Assembly (NCBI GenBank): GCA_963833125.1
Contig: CAWHWX010000016.1
Coordinates: forward strand, 96,001-160,000
Length of the DNA: 64,000 nucleotides
Origin: Candidatus Bathyarchaeota archaeon
GTDB lineage: Archaea; Thermoproteota; Bathyarchaeia; 40CM-2-53-6
Direction of reading: 5' to 3'
Shown: piece by piece, positions 10,818 through 21,102 of the stretch
Layout of the letters: each line of letters begins with the position of its first letter
How positions within the stretch are numbered: the first letter of the stretch is position 1
Program-made: the position numbers and the translations under genes
Notes under the pieces: model-generated
Told to the model about the DNA's origin: nothing
The model's input: the letters and a program-made list of their open reading frames with translations, nothing else
Databases searched by the model: none

Positions 10818-11804
10818 TTAGCGCATCAAAAATGCCAGTACGTATCCCAAGGTCAGCGTCGCTCCAAAGGTCATCTGGAGAAAGGCCGTGCCTCGAACAG
10901 CGCGGCTGAGCGGCTTGCCTTCCACTCCGGAAGCGACAAACCGAGTGAGCCGATACGCTTGTGGAATCGTTAGGAACGCTAAGAGGGTCGACAGAGGCGC
11001 AGAGTTAGTCGCAACAAGCCCTGCTAAGATGATATACGCTCCAGCGATCATCGCGTAAAAGACCAAACGGGAGAAAACCCTACCTCGCTCGATGCCCCAC
11101 GACCTACTTGCCAGTACTGCCCAAGTGATCCGATTTCGCTCCTTGTCTTGTACAATGTCTCGCAGGTTGTTAGCGTGTAGGATGGCCATTACTAGGAGCC
11201 CTACGGGGAGGGAGACAAGCAGGGGGGACCAAGCGAGGCTTCTAGCTTGAACATAGTAGCTGGCAACGACCATGACAGGACCCATGAAGATGAAAACCTC
11301 GAGCTCCCCAAGGCCCCGGTAGCCAAGCGAGACAGGTTTCGCTGTGTAGAACCAAGCTGCCAAAACACTCGTTAGTCCGAGAATTAGGATGATCCATCCA
11401 ACTTGCTTGACTATGTACAAACCGACTATGACACCGAAAGCAAAAGCTACTATTGCAGCCCAGAGCACCTGCCTCGGCCTGAGTTTTCCTTCAAGAATTA
11501 CGCCTGCGGGGCCCAAAGAGTCCGGTTTGTCAACCCCTTGCACATAGTCAAAATACTCGTTAGCCAAGTTTGTTCCTGCCTGCATGGCGACGGACCCGAA
11601 TAGGGTGAGCAGAAAGAGAAACCAGTCCGCATGTCCACCATACCACGCTATAGCGGAACCTACAAGCACGGGGACTATCGACGCTGGATAGGTGAATGGC
11701 CTGAGTGCAATGTACCAGACATGTAACGAATGCCTGTCATTCCGTTGCGGCACAGCCATAACACGTCTTAACCGCGAACCATTCGGGTGCCTGTAATTCA
11801 TCAT
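10818..11804 (-). CDS. menA: 1,4-dihydroxy-2-naphthoate prenyltransferase
   Basis: RPFTYPASIVPV, NLANEYFD..GVD, YRGLGE, ILHANNLRD; multi-TM protein; men cluster context. Start uncertain (could be about 11760). Confidence 0.9.
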   Translation of the reverse strand: MMNYRHPNGSRLRRVMAVPQRNDRHSLHVWYIALRPFTYPASIVPVLVGSAIAWYGGHADWFLFLLTLFGSVAMQAGTNLANEYFDYVQGVDKPDSLGPAGVILEGKLRPRQVLWAAIVAFAFGVIVGLYIVKQVGWIILILGLTSVLAAWFYTAKPVSLGYRGLGELEVFIFMGPVMVVASYYVQARSLAWSPLLVSLPVGLLVMAILHANNLRDIVQDKERNRITWAVLASRSWGIERGRVFSRLVFYAMIAGAYIILAGLVATNSAPLSTLLAFLTIPQAYRLTRFVASGVEGKPLSRAVRGTAFLQMTFGATLTLGYVLAFLMR

Positions 11805-11822
11805 GTCAGGTTGCTTGGTTAC

Positions 11823-12633
11823 TTACCAAGGAGGTTGATTTCGAAAGCGAGCGTAATTTGGTGCGCGCTTCTCAAGGAAGGCTTTCGTACCTTCCTTGCA
11901 TTCGTCACTCGAGTAGTAAAGCGCCGTAGCTCCGTGTGCGAGGTTTTGGATGCCGTAGACATGATCCGTGTCTGAGTTGAAGGCGTACTTCAGAAAGCGC
12001 AAAGCAGTCGGTGCACGCTGGAGAAGTTCCTTAGCCAAGGACATCACCTCGTTTTCGAGTTGATCAGGTGGAAACACAAAGTTGACGAGCCCCATGTCGA
12101 GAGCTTCTTGGGCAGAGTAACGACGGCACAAATACCAGATCTCTCGAGCTTTCTTTTCGCCAACAATGCGTGCGAGATAAATCGACCCGAAACCACCGTC
12201 GAAGCTACCGTATTTGGGTCCGATTTGTCCGAAGACCGTGCGAGTGGAGGCAACAGTCAGGTCACATAACACATGAAGGACGTGCCCCCCACCAATGGCG
12301 TACCCATCAACCATTGCAATGACGGGTTTCGGTATCTCTCGTATCAACCGGTGGAGGTGGGTAACTTGCAGTCTCGGAGTTCCCGGAATCGTCCTCGTAG
12401 CCGCCCTCACCGCGAATGCTAACGTCGCCCCCTGAACAGAAGTTACCATTTGTCCCGGTGAGAACAACAACTCCAACTTCCCGATCGTACCAAGCGTCTA
12501 AGAAAGCCTGTCGCATCTCATCTATCGTCAGCGGTCGAAAGGCATTGAGCACTTTAGGCCGGTTCATCCGAACGAACGCTACGCCGTCCTTCTTTTCGTA
12601 GAGTATGTCTTGGAACTCCATTTCAAATACCAC
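11823..12633 (-). CDS. menB: 1,4-dihydroxy-2-naphthoyl-CoA synthase (frameshift near 12390)
   Basis: [50 protein letters not shown]. Confidence 0.95.
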
Positions 12634-12677
12634 ATTTCCTAGTTTTAGTCAGCGCTTGCTTCTTAAGACGGTCGTTT

Positions 12678-13904
12678 TCAAACCAAGCCGAGCGATCTCA
12701 GGCGGGCAATCTCATTTCGGGAGTGGCCGAGCATTTCTTGGAGCACTTCATCGGTGTGTTCGCCTAGGTCGGGCGAAGGACCTTGGGGGCCTGAAGAAGC
12801 GCCGTCTACTTTGAAGGGGGTGTTGGCAACTTTCCAGTTTCCCAATCTCTTGTGGGGTATCTCTGCGATCATGCCTCGGTAAAGTACCTGAGAATCCTTG
12901 GCTACGGAGTCAATAGCGTTGACTGGACCGGATGGAATTTCAAGCCTAGAGAATTCTTCAAGCCAGGCTTGAGAAGTTTTCTTGCGCATAGCTTCTTCGA
13001 TCAAGGGCGCGAGAACATCGTAGTTCTGTACTCTAGATGGCGCGTCACTAAAGCGAGGATCTTTCGCGAGTTCAGGGTGCCCGATCGCGGAACAGAAGCG
13101 GTTCCAAGGCTCAGAGCTGTCGGAGATTAGCGCAACCACGATGTATCCGTCTTGTGTGGCAAATGATTGAAAAGGAACTGCGGCTGGGTGGCGTGATCCC
13201 AATGGCCCCGGCACCTTACCCGTGGCAAAGTACCTTGAAAACGCATTCTCCATCATAGTTACTTGACAATCTAACATTGAAATGTCGATATTTCGCCCCT
13301 GTCCGGTGCGTTCCCTTTCCCATAGGGCGACGAGTATTGCTAACGCAGCAAAGAGTCCGGCAACGCTGTCGCCAAGCGAGGCCCCGGGCCGCACAGGCCG
13401 CCCATTGGGTTCCCCGGTCACGCTCATCATGCCCCCCATCGCCTGAACAATGATGTCTAGAGCCGGATAGTGGGTGTAGGGGCCGCTTTGGCCGAAGCCT
13501 GAGATGGATGCGTAAATCAGGCGGGGATTCAGAGCCCTCACACTCGCATAGTCGAGCCCGAATCCCTTCATTGTTCCAGGCACGAAGTTCTCAACCAGAA
13601 CATCAGCGTGCTGGCACAGTTCCCGTGCCATCTTCTGTCCCTCCTCGCGGGAGAGATCTAGGGTGACGCTTTTTTTCCCTCGATTTACGCTCATGAAATA
13701 TGCGCTGTCTCCGCTTACTTGAGGACCCAAGCGCCGCGCTTCATCTCCCAAGCCTGGCCGCTCAACTTTGATCACCTTCGCGCCAAGGTCTGCGAGAAGC
13801 ATCGTGCAGAAGGGACCAGAAAGCAGGTGGCTGATTTCTAGGACCGTTATCCCAGCTAGAGGACTTAACGCAAGGCCTCTCGCGGGAGAGTCTCGATCGA
13901 TCAT
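12678..13904 (-). CDS. Family III (CaiB/BaiF/Frc) CoA-transferase
   Basis: GPFCTMLLADLGAKVIKVE, NRGKKS, ADVLVENF.PG, SISGFGQSGP, catalytic Asp in LGDSVAG, PDLGEHT. Confidence 0.93.
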   Translation of the reverse strand: MIDRDSPARGLALSPLAGITVLEISHLLSGPFCTMLLADLGAKVIKVERPGLGDEARRLGPQVSGDSAYFMSVNRGKKSVTLDLSREEGQKMARELCQHADVLVENFVPGTMKGFGLDYASVRALNPRLIYASISGFGQSGPYTHYPALDIIVQAMGGMMSVTGEPNGRPVRPGASLGDSVAGLFAALAILVALWERERTGQGRNIDISMLDCQVTMMENAFSRYFATGKVPGPLGSRHPAAVPFQSFATQDGYIVVALISDSSEPWNRFCSAIGHPELAKDPRFSDAPSRVQNYDVLAPLIEEAMRKKTSQAWLEEFSRLEIPSGPVNAIDSVAKDSQVLYRGMIAEIPHKRLGNWKVANTPFKVDGASSGPQGPSPDLGEHTDEVLQEMLGHSRNEIARLRSLGLV

Positions 13905-13988
13905 GAGGCACAAGATCAAGCTCAGCGAAATTATACTCTGCGGTTGGGCTGTTGCTCGCTGAGGCAGGTTCAGCGCTAGAGCGACTAA

Positions 13989-14800
13989 CTACCAGTGCGA
14001 TTCACGGAGGAAGTCGAGTACGACTCTGTTGAACTCTTGAGGCTTCTCTATGTGCGGGGCATGTCCTGCGCCTGCTATAATGGAAAGACGGCCGTTTCGT
14101 AGTTTACTGCACATCTCTTTTGCGATCGCGCTGAACTTGTGGTCGTATTCACCAGCAATGCAGAGGACCGAAATGTTAAGCTTGGAAAGCGATTTGTGGA
14201 AGGATGGTTGGACACCGGAGCCGGCCTGTGCGCAAAGAATTCGCGAGCCCCGTGGGATTGTTTGCGAGCCGTTGGTTTCTGATGTGTTCTTGGACTTTGC
14301 GGGGAAGCAGTTTTTGAGTGGCGAATATTGGTTGTTGCTCCCAGTATTTCGAGAATTTCTCAACGCCTGCTTTCGTGATTAGGCGTGCCAGCGCCTCATC
14401 GCGTTTCTTCCTGCGTGTCCTTTGTTTTGGTTCGATAATTCCTGGGGATGCGCCTTCAAGCACTAGGCACCCGCACTTGTTAGGCATTAACGCAGCCGCT
14501 GCGAGTGCGATTCGGCCTCCAATAGAGTATCCTAACCAGCAAGCACGAGAGACATCTGATTTGTCGAGGACTGCGGCAATATCGACGATGGAGCGTTGAA
14601 TACGATATCTCTTGGGATCATCGGGGGCATCTGAACCACCGTGCCCTAGCAAGTCGACTGTGATGATGGTGTATCCATTCTGTGCCTCTTGTACGAACTG
14701 ACTCCAAGTGGACATGGATCCTGCGAATCCGTGAAGTGCGACGATTGCTGGTCCCGAACCCGCGGACTTTGACATTGAGGTTGATTTCGTTGACCAGCAC
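13989..14800 (-). CDS. menH: SHCHC synthase, alpha/beta hydrolase (frameshifts near 14765 and 14225)
   Basis: LHGF, DLLGHG, GYSIGGR.A, R..RD..LA, W..QPIF.TQ, GEYDHKF, AGHAPH.E. Confidence 0.9.
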
Positions 14801-14804
14801 GCCT

Positions 14805-16599
14805 TCAGGTCCGCTCCGTGAGCGTGCTCTCCGCCGCCTCTGTCGAAAGGGACCAAATGCGACGATGAAGCTCAACGTTTCGGTCTCTGTCAGTTTGCAA
14901 TTCCACTACAGCTGTGCCTTTGGATCCGATGTTCCGTGAAACGGCGGTGTGGAATTCTTCCCATGATGTAACCTTGGAATAGGTTAGACCGTAAAGGGAG
15001 GCCGCTGCTTGGAAGGTAAGGCCGTGTGGAGTTGCGAAGTACTTTTCGAAGTAGTCCTCGTACTCTCGCTGGGCAAGAAAAGAGAAAATGCCCCCGCCGT
15101 CATTGTTTGCTAATACGATTGTTGTGTTAGGGTTGTATTTCTTTGCTGCCAGCAGGCCATTCATGTCTTGATAGAACGAAAGGTCGCCGACTACGAGTAC
15201 TGTTGGCTCTTGGGTAACTACGCTGGCTCCTAGGGCGGTTGAGATCACACCATCTATTCCGCTTGCTCCTCGATTGGACAAGAATCGAATCTCTTGAGAG
15301 GTTGACGGATAGAATGAGTCAAGGTCACGCACCGGCATGCTGTTGCCAGCAAACAGCGTCGCTTTGTTCGGAACGAAAGTCGCTAAATTGGTGAAAATCT
15401 TCCCTTCGAACATCTCTTCGATCTTGCTCATCTGGTCATGAATAACCTGGCGAGTTCTCTCAGCAACTCGCATCCACAGTCCGGACCATTCTCCCTTAGG
15501 GCGAGTCGCGGTCTCAGCGGCAAGTTCTCTTGCGAATTGATTGGGGTCCGTCTGAACCATGTCGGTAGCAGTATGCATTGGGTCTTGCCAGTTCCCTTCT
15601 TGGATTAGTATTTGGCGGGCTCGGTGATTTTGCTCAATGTAGTTTTGTAATGCTTTAGACGTGGGTGTCGCACCGAACCGCAGGATAATTTCAGGTTCCA
15701 ATTCCCGAACCATTTTCGTGGAGCGTAGGAAATCGTCGTAGCAGTCAACGTTCAGTCCTCGGTCGTGTATGCCGCATCGAACTTGAGATAGGGGGTCGGC
15801 TAGTATTGGGAAACCTAGGCGGTTGGCTAACGTCGAGACTGCATGTGGGAAGCCTAAATCATCTTGTGGGCCGCAGACAATTATTCCATTCCTCAGAGAC
15901 TGTATCTCACTTCCCAACTCCTTGACTTTCTCTATGTTGGTGGAACGTCGCCCGTTCTGCACATCGGTGTAAGGTCTGCCCTTCTTTCGACCTTCCCAAG
16001 CGTCTTGGACTTCGACGGAAGTTTGCTCAGGGATATCCGAGGGAACGATTTTGGGTACTAATGGTTCTCCGAACGGGAAGTTGATCTGCACAGGACCAGC
16101 GGGCGATTGAATCGCAGTGCTCAATGCGCGGCATGTCATTTCACGCACATACCTCAGCAAATCAAGCTTCATTTCTGGACTAGCCATGTTGACGGACCAT
16201 TTTGTGTGCCCTCCGTACATCCGGGTCTGGTCGATTGTTTGATTCGCACCCCATTCCCACAACTCTGGAGGACGGTCCGCTGTCAAAATCAGGATTGGCA
16301 CATGTGAATAGCACGCCTCGACCACAGCGGGAAAGAAGTTAGCCGCTGCTGTACCAGACGTGCTGACGATGGCGACCGGCTGGTTAAGGGCGCGGCTCAT
16401 CCCAAGCGCGAAATACGCTGCTGAACGCTCATCAGAATGGAGCCCAGACTTTGATGAGCTGCTGCTGCGCCAGGCTCATCACCAAGGGCGTTGATCGCGA
16501 ACCGGGGCAGATGCATGCATGTCGCAGCCCCGAACGGGCCAGTTCATCAACAAATGCTTCGGAGAAAGCGTAGTTGCGATTCGGTGGGAGCGGCATCAT
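14805..16599 (-). CDS. menD: SEPHCHC synthase (TPP-dependent; frameshift near 16443)
   Basis: Restored N-terminus ...FVDELARSG..ICPGSRSTPL...DERSAAYFALG, then TSGTAAAN, TADRP, GANQTIDQ, NSMPVRD, NRGASGIDG, GDLSF. ATG overlaps the menF stop (ATGA). Confidence 0.93.
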
Positions 16600-18047
16600 G
16601 CCACTCCCAAGGCGGTCAGGAGCGGCTTGAATTTTATCATGGTTTCCTGATCTTCACGGTCTGGGTCGGAGCCCGAAACAATCCCGGCCCCAGCGTACAG
16701 TAACGCCTCATTGCCGCGCAAGAGTGCACATCGGATTGCGATGGCAAATTCCCCGTTTCCATTCTTGTCAACCCATCCGACAGGTCCCGTGTACCAACCG
16801 CGATCAAACTTCTCAAGCCTCTCGATCATTTCAAGGGCTGGCTCGAGAGGCGTGCCACCTACAGCTGGCGTTGGATGTAAGCCACTCACAAAATCTAGGA
16901 CATTGGAACCTTTCTTTGGTCGACCCGTAAAACGGGTCGCTAGATGCTGAACGTTGCCAAGTCGCATCAAGTGGGGAGCGTCGTCCCACTGAAGTTTAGA
17001 GCAGAGCCTTCCCATTCGTTCAGAAATCCAGTTAACGACAACTTCGTGTTCCATTCGTTCCTTAACATTTCCTAACAGCCATTCCGAAAGCTGTGAGTCC
17101 TCGTTCTCCGAAGTGCCGCGGGGAGCCGAACCTGCTAAACAGGTCGAACTCACTTCTTCTCCATGAATGCTCACCAACTCCTCAGGTGAAGCCCCCACAA
17201 AAGATGTCCCTCGACGACAGAAAGCGAATACGCGACATTCAGGATAATTAGCTGCGAGGCTTCGGAGGACGGCTTCTGGAGGTATTGGTATTCCAGCGCG
17301 TAACTTGAGGGTACGTGCCAAAGTGACTTTGGTTAGCCTTCCATCTTTGACTTCGTCCAGAGCCTGTTCCACACTTCGCCGCCAAAGATCATCAGCCGAT
17401 TGAGATTTTATTGAAGCCGACACAGGTTTAGATGAGTCACCAGGCGAGTCGAAAAGCTCGGCAGCTTGAAGCGTCAGATCCTTTAGTACAGAATCAACGT
17501 CCGTGCGTCCGTTAACGACGACATTGACGGTCAACCAGCGCCGACCGTTCGGTTGGGATGTGATCATCCATCGGGGCAGTGTCAGGAGGCCATCGTGAAA
17601 ATCTTCCCAAAGTCCATCAGCAGGCGGTCGTGGGTTGAATCGGAATCCTCCCATGAAAACCGGTCCGGGACCGCCGTTTTCCTCAACAATCGCCGGGCTC
17701 ATCGTGTCCTGGAGTAAGGTAGCGGCTTGTTGGAATCTCCGAGGGCCCTCAACGACTAGGTCAGCAGCATTACCCGCACCTACTATCCAAGATTCGTCAG
17801 CGGGGAGGGCCCAATAATTCCTAGTATTATCAACTCGCGCTGCAGCGGAAAAGACATGCACCGGATCAATTTCATGTGCAAGGTGCTGGGTGAGCGATAC
17901 AAGTACCGGTCTGTTCACTTCGGTTGAGCGTCGTTTTCCATCAGAAATGAGCCCCAGCACTCTGTCCAAGGAAATCCTATAGGGACGTTGAGGTAAGCGA
18001 TCCATCGCACTGTCTTGCGACCGTATCCCTATGGATCTCTCTCGCAT
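16596..18047 (-). CDS. menF: Isochorismate synthase
   Basis: KVTLAR, FVGASPE, LAGS, KERMEH, LHPTPAVGG, RGWYTGPVGW, AIRC, AGAGIV.GS. Start uncertain. Confidence 0.92.
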   Translation of the reverse strand: MRERSIGIRSQDSAMDRLPQRPYRISLDRVLGLISDGKRRSTEVNRPVLVSLTQHLAHEIDPVHVFSAAARVDNTRNYWALPADESWIVGAGNAADLVVEGPRRFQQAATLLQDTMSPAIVEENGGPGPVFMGGFRFNPRPPADGLWEDFHDGLLTLPRWMITSQPNGRRWLTVNVVVNGRTDVDSVLKDLTLQAAELFDSPGDSSKPVSASIKSQSADDLWRRSVEQALDEVKDGRLTKVTLARTLKLRAGIPIPPEAVLRSLAANYPECRVFAFCRRGTSFVGASPEELVSIHGEEVSSTCLAGSAPRGTSENEDSQLSEWLLGNVKERMEHEVVVNWISERMGRLCSKLQWDDAPHLMRLGNVQHLATRFTGRPKKGSNVLDFVSGLHPTPAVGGTPLEPALEMIERLEKFDRGWYTGPVGWVDKNGNGEFAIAIRCALLRGNEALLYAGAGIVSGSDPDREDQETMIKFKPLLTALGVA

Positions 18048-18285
18048 TCTCTCTCGCTTCCTCTTCTTCCCGAAGACAGCCTTTGTCGCTCATAATTTCT
18101 CAGACAGAAGAACCTATCCTAATTCTAAGCTCCAATGACCAACTGCGCAAAGTAGGCACGGTATCGTTGATAAAAGGAGAACTGCAAATAGATGGGGACA
18201 TATGGCGTTACTTAGCCAGAACGCCGTTGGATTCATTTGATGGAGTACGAAAGGCATCATTTAGGCTAGACGGGAGGTTGGCAAA

Positions 18286-19434
18286 ATGAATTCTCCGCAA
18301 CTGACGCCTATCGACTCCCTAGAGTTGCGCATTATCCGGTTGCCGCTTGTTGCTCCGTTCGAGAGCAGTACTAGCGTAGAAACCGTCAAGGAGGCTCTGC
18401 TCGTGCTCGTTGAAAAGGAAGGGGTTGTTGGTTATGGGGAATGCGTTGCTGGGACTGGGCCTTGGTATAGCGAAGAAACGATAGAGTCTGCGGGATACGT
18501 CATAAAGCAATTCCTAGCGCCATTACTCTTTTCAAATGCTTTCACGAATCCTGCACAGTTTCTTGATGGCACTCGACGATTAAGGGGGAACAATATGGCA
18601 GTAGCTTCGGTCGAGATGGCACTTTGGGATCTCATGGGAAAATTAAAGCGACAACCGCTTTCCAAGCTACTGGAAGGTTCCAAGACAGAGGTTGAAGTTG
18701 GAGTAAGCGTAGGGATTCAACCCTCAATTGAAAAACTGGTCGATAAGGTCGCATTGCGTGTTGCAGAAGGATACAAGCGAATAAAGACAAAAATTAAGCC
18801 AGGGTTCGATCTCGAACCCGTGAGAGCTATCAGGAAACGCTTTCCTGATATTCCTCTCCAAGTGGACGCGAACTCGGCCTACACCCTTGAGGATTTGCCT
18901 CTACTGAAACAACTTGACGGGTTCAACCTGTTATTGATTGAGCAGCCACTGGCGCCTGACGATATCATTGATCATTCAAAATTGCAAAAGCACCTTTCGA
19001 CACCGGTTTGCCTTGACGAGAGCATACGTAGCATGGACGACGCGAGGCAGGCGATAGAAATTGATGCGTGCAGGGTGATAAATATCAAACCCGGACGGCT
19101 GAGAGGTCTGAAATGTTCGAGACAATTGCATGATTTCTGTATGGCACGGAAAATTCCAGTATGGTGCGGGGGAATGCTTGAAACTGGCATTGGTAGAGCG
19201 TTTAATGTCGCGTTAGCTTCCTTGCCGGGATTTACTCTTCCAGGTGACACGTCCGCTAGCAGACTGTATTTCAAGAAGGACATAATCACCAAAGAGTTCG
19301 AACTAACTGAGAACGGAACGCTTGAGGTACCGCGTGAACCTGGAATAGGGGTTCAAGTGGACACGAAGTTTCTTGAATCACAGACAATTTCGGAGGAAAG
19401 GATACTGCCACGAGCAATCGGTTTCAAACCGTAA
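18286..19434 (+). CDS. menC: o-Succinylbenzoate synthase (Firmicute-like OSBS/NSAR enolase subgroup)
   Basis: KRIKTKIKPG, DANSAY, IEQP, LDES, NIKPGR, WCGGMLETGIGRA, LPGDTSAS. GGAGG upstream; divergent from menF. Confidence 0.85.
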   Translation: MNSPQLTPIDSLELRIIRLPLVAPFESSTSVETVKEALLVLVEKEGVVGYGECVAGTGPWYSEETIESAGYVIKQFLAPLLFSNAFTNPAQFLDGTRRLRGNNMAVASVEMALWDLMGKLKRQPLSKLLEGSKTEVEVGVSVGIQPSIEKLVDKVALRVAEGYKRIKTKIKPGFDLEPVRAIRKRFPDIPLQVDANSAYTLEDLPLLKQLDGFNLLLIEQPLAPDDIIDHSKLQKHLSTPVCLDESIRSMDDARQAIEIDACRVINIKPGRLRGLKCSRQLHDFCMARKIPVWCGGMLETGIGRAFNVALASLPGFTLPGDTSASRLYFKKDIITKEFELTENGTLEVPREPGIGVQVDTKFLESQTISEERILPRAIGFKP

Positions 19435-19486
19435 AGTCGATCTAAGCAATCCCGCTCGAGTAAAGGCTCAGATCAAAAGTCGACGT

Positions 19487-19738
19487 TTACTGGGTAGGCG
19501 TTATCATGCCGTTACGCGGTAATTTTACCTGAAGAATTCCAGAGTAGTTAACGGCTTGCCCGTTGTCCACTTTAACGTAGTCACCTTTCTGAATTGGTTT
19601 TGCGAGGTTTCTGTAATTGTATCTGACGAACGTTCTACCACTTTCATCATCAAGTACAAGCATGAACTGGTTCATGTCGAAGATCTTTCCTTCTAAATGG
19701 ATGTTCCTCATCCCGTTGCGTATCTCTTCAATTCTCAA
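19487..19738 (-). CDS. Small single OB-fold protein (crenarchaeal SSB-like, shortened)
   Basis: MRIEEIRNGMRNIHLEGKI...LDDESG...KGDYVKVDNG...YSGILQV resembles the SSB OB pattern. Confidence 0.65.
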   Translation of the reverse strand: MRIEEIRNGMRNIHLEGKIFDMNQFMLVLDDESGRTFVRYNYRNLAKPIQKGDYVKVDNGQAVNYSGILQVKLPRNGMITPTQ

Positions 19739-20092
19739 TCTACATGTTCCTCCCGCATTCACAAACGGTTAAGGAGCCTAGAGGCTTACCCGCCATCGAC
19801 AGGTTCCGTTGACCTGCCAACATGAAAAACTACCTTTCAGTTCTCCCACCGCGTTTCGTATATGCCACACATAATAAGCGGAGGAGAATGTAACCTTCTC
19901 GGTTTCGTCTCGGGAACTAGATTTTGATCGCATATCCAATCATTGTCGAACTAGCCAATGCGATAGAGGTTTGATAGCGGAATGTAGTATAGCTTTATTT
20001 ACGTTCGGTCGCTTCCTAAGCGTCGGTACGCTGCGATTGTACTTCGGTACTATGGTACGCGTAACTAAAGCATAGAGTGGTGTTAGTTGAGT

Positions 20093-20236
20093 ATGAGTCA
20101 AGAAGGATATGGCGGCCGAACTATGTACAAGGTTACATGTTCTGACTGCGGTGCTGAGACTGAAGTGCCGTTCAAGCCTACGCAAGGCCGACCAGTCTAT
20201 TGTAGAGCCTGCTACCAGAAACACAGACGATACTAG
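20093..20236 (+). CDS. CxxC-x17-CxxC zinc-ribbon small protein (47 aa, not in ORF track)
   Basis: Own translation: MSQEGYGGRTMYKVTCSDCGAETEVPFKPTQGRPVYCRACYQKHRRY*, with the hallmark VPFKP..GRPVYC..C. Confidence 0.92.
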   Translation: MSQEGYGGRTMYKVTCSDCGAETEVPFKPTQGRPVYCRACYQKHRRY

Positions 20237-20260
20237 TCAATTTCTGGTATAATCCCATTA

Positions 20261-20292
20261 GTTTCCTTTTCTTATCTTTCTGTTCTTCCTTG
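20261..20292 (+). terminator. T-rich archaeal terminator after the CxxC-x17-CxxC gene
   Basis: gtttccttttcttatctttctgttcttcctt about 25 nt after the stop. Confidence 0.55.
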
Positions 20293-20375
20293 TACGTCGT
20301 AACTTAGTTCGTTGCCGTTAGAGTCTAGATTGCAATTGTTGAAATTCCCGGCTGTCGATTGTTACTGGGTTACAA

Positions 20376-20969
20376 ATGGAATTTGAGAAAGTAGTTCTGA
20401 AGCGAAGAATGGTCAGAAACTTCCAACCAAAACCTGTACCAAAGGAGATCGTTGACAAAATTCTAACGCTAGCTCTGCATGCGCCGAGCGCCGGATTCAG
20501 TCAAGGCTGGGCGTACATTGTGGTCCGAGATGAGAAGTTAAGGAAACAAATTGGAGAGCTACAGGGGGAGACGGACTTCTATGCTACTCGGCGGTTCCAC
20601 AGGTTCGTGTCAGAGGCCCCCTTGCTAATCGTAGCTTGCGCGAGCGAGAAGATCTACCACGAACGGTACAGAGAGCCAGACAAATTGAACGAAGATGGAA
20701 CTGAGATCGAATGGCCAACTCCATACTGGTACTTCGACATTGGCGCTGCATGTATGCTAATCTTCCTCGCAGCCGTCAACGAGGGCTACGCCTCTGCCTT
20801 CACGGGAGTATTCCGAGTCCAGGAAATGAACAAGCTGCTTGGAATTCCAGATGACTTTCATCCCGTTGGAGTAATCTCGATTGGACTTCGGGCGAAGGAT
20901 GTTACGTCCCCATCACTCAAGCGTGGTCGGAAGTCGTTTGAACAGACTGTACACTACGAACACTGGTAG
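20376..20969 (+). CDS. Nitroreductase family protein
   Basis: RRMVRNF, APSAGFSQGW, D.GAA..LAAVNEG. Confidence 0.9.
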   Translation: MEFEKVVLKRRMVRNFQPKPVPKEIVDKILTLALHAPSAGFSQGWAYIVVRDEKLRKQIGELQGETDFYATRRFHRFVSEAPLLIVACASEKIYHERYREPDKLNEDGTEIEWPTPYWYFDIGAACMLIFLAAVNEGYASAFTGVFRVQEMNKLLGIPDDFHPVGVISIGLRAKDVTSPSLKRGRKSFEQTVHYEHW

Positions 20970-21102
20970 GGCAAACTTGGGCTTTTGGCACTAGTCGCCC
21001 TGACTTCCGGTCTCTGCATACGCAGAATGATCTTGAATCGTGTTTTCGCCTTGCGTCACCCCTTTTAATATTCCGATGATATTCATCGACGTGTGAGTCA
21101 AG

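Noticed and set aside
7561-19434. Integrated element at tRNA-Val
   Set aside because: No integrase and no duplicated tRNA 3' end (att site) seen in the window.
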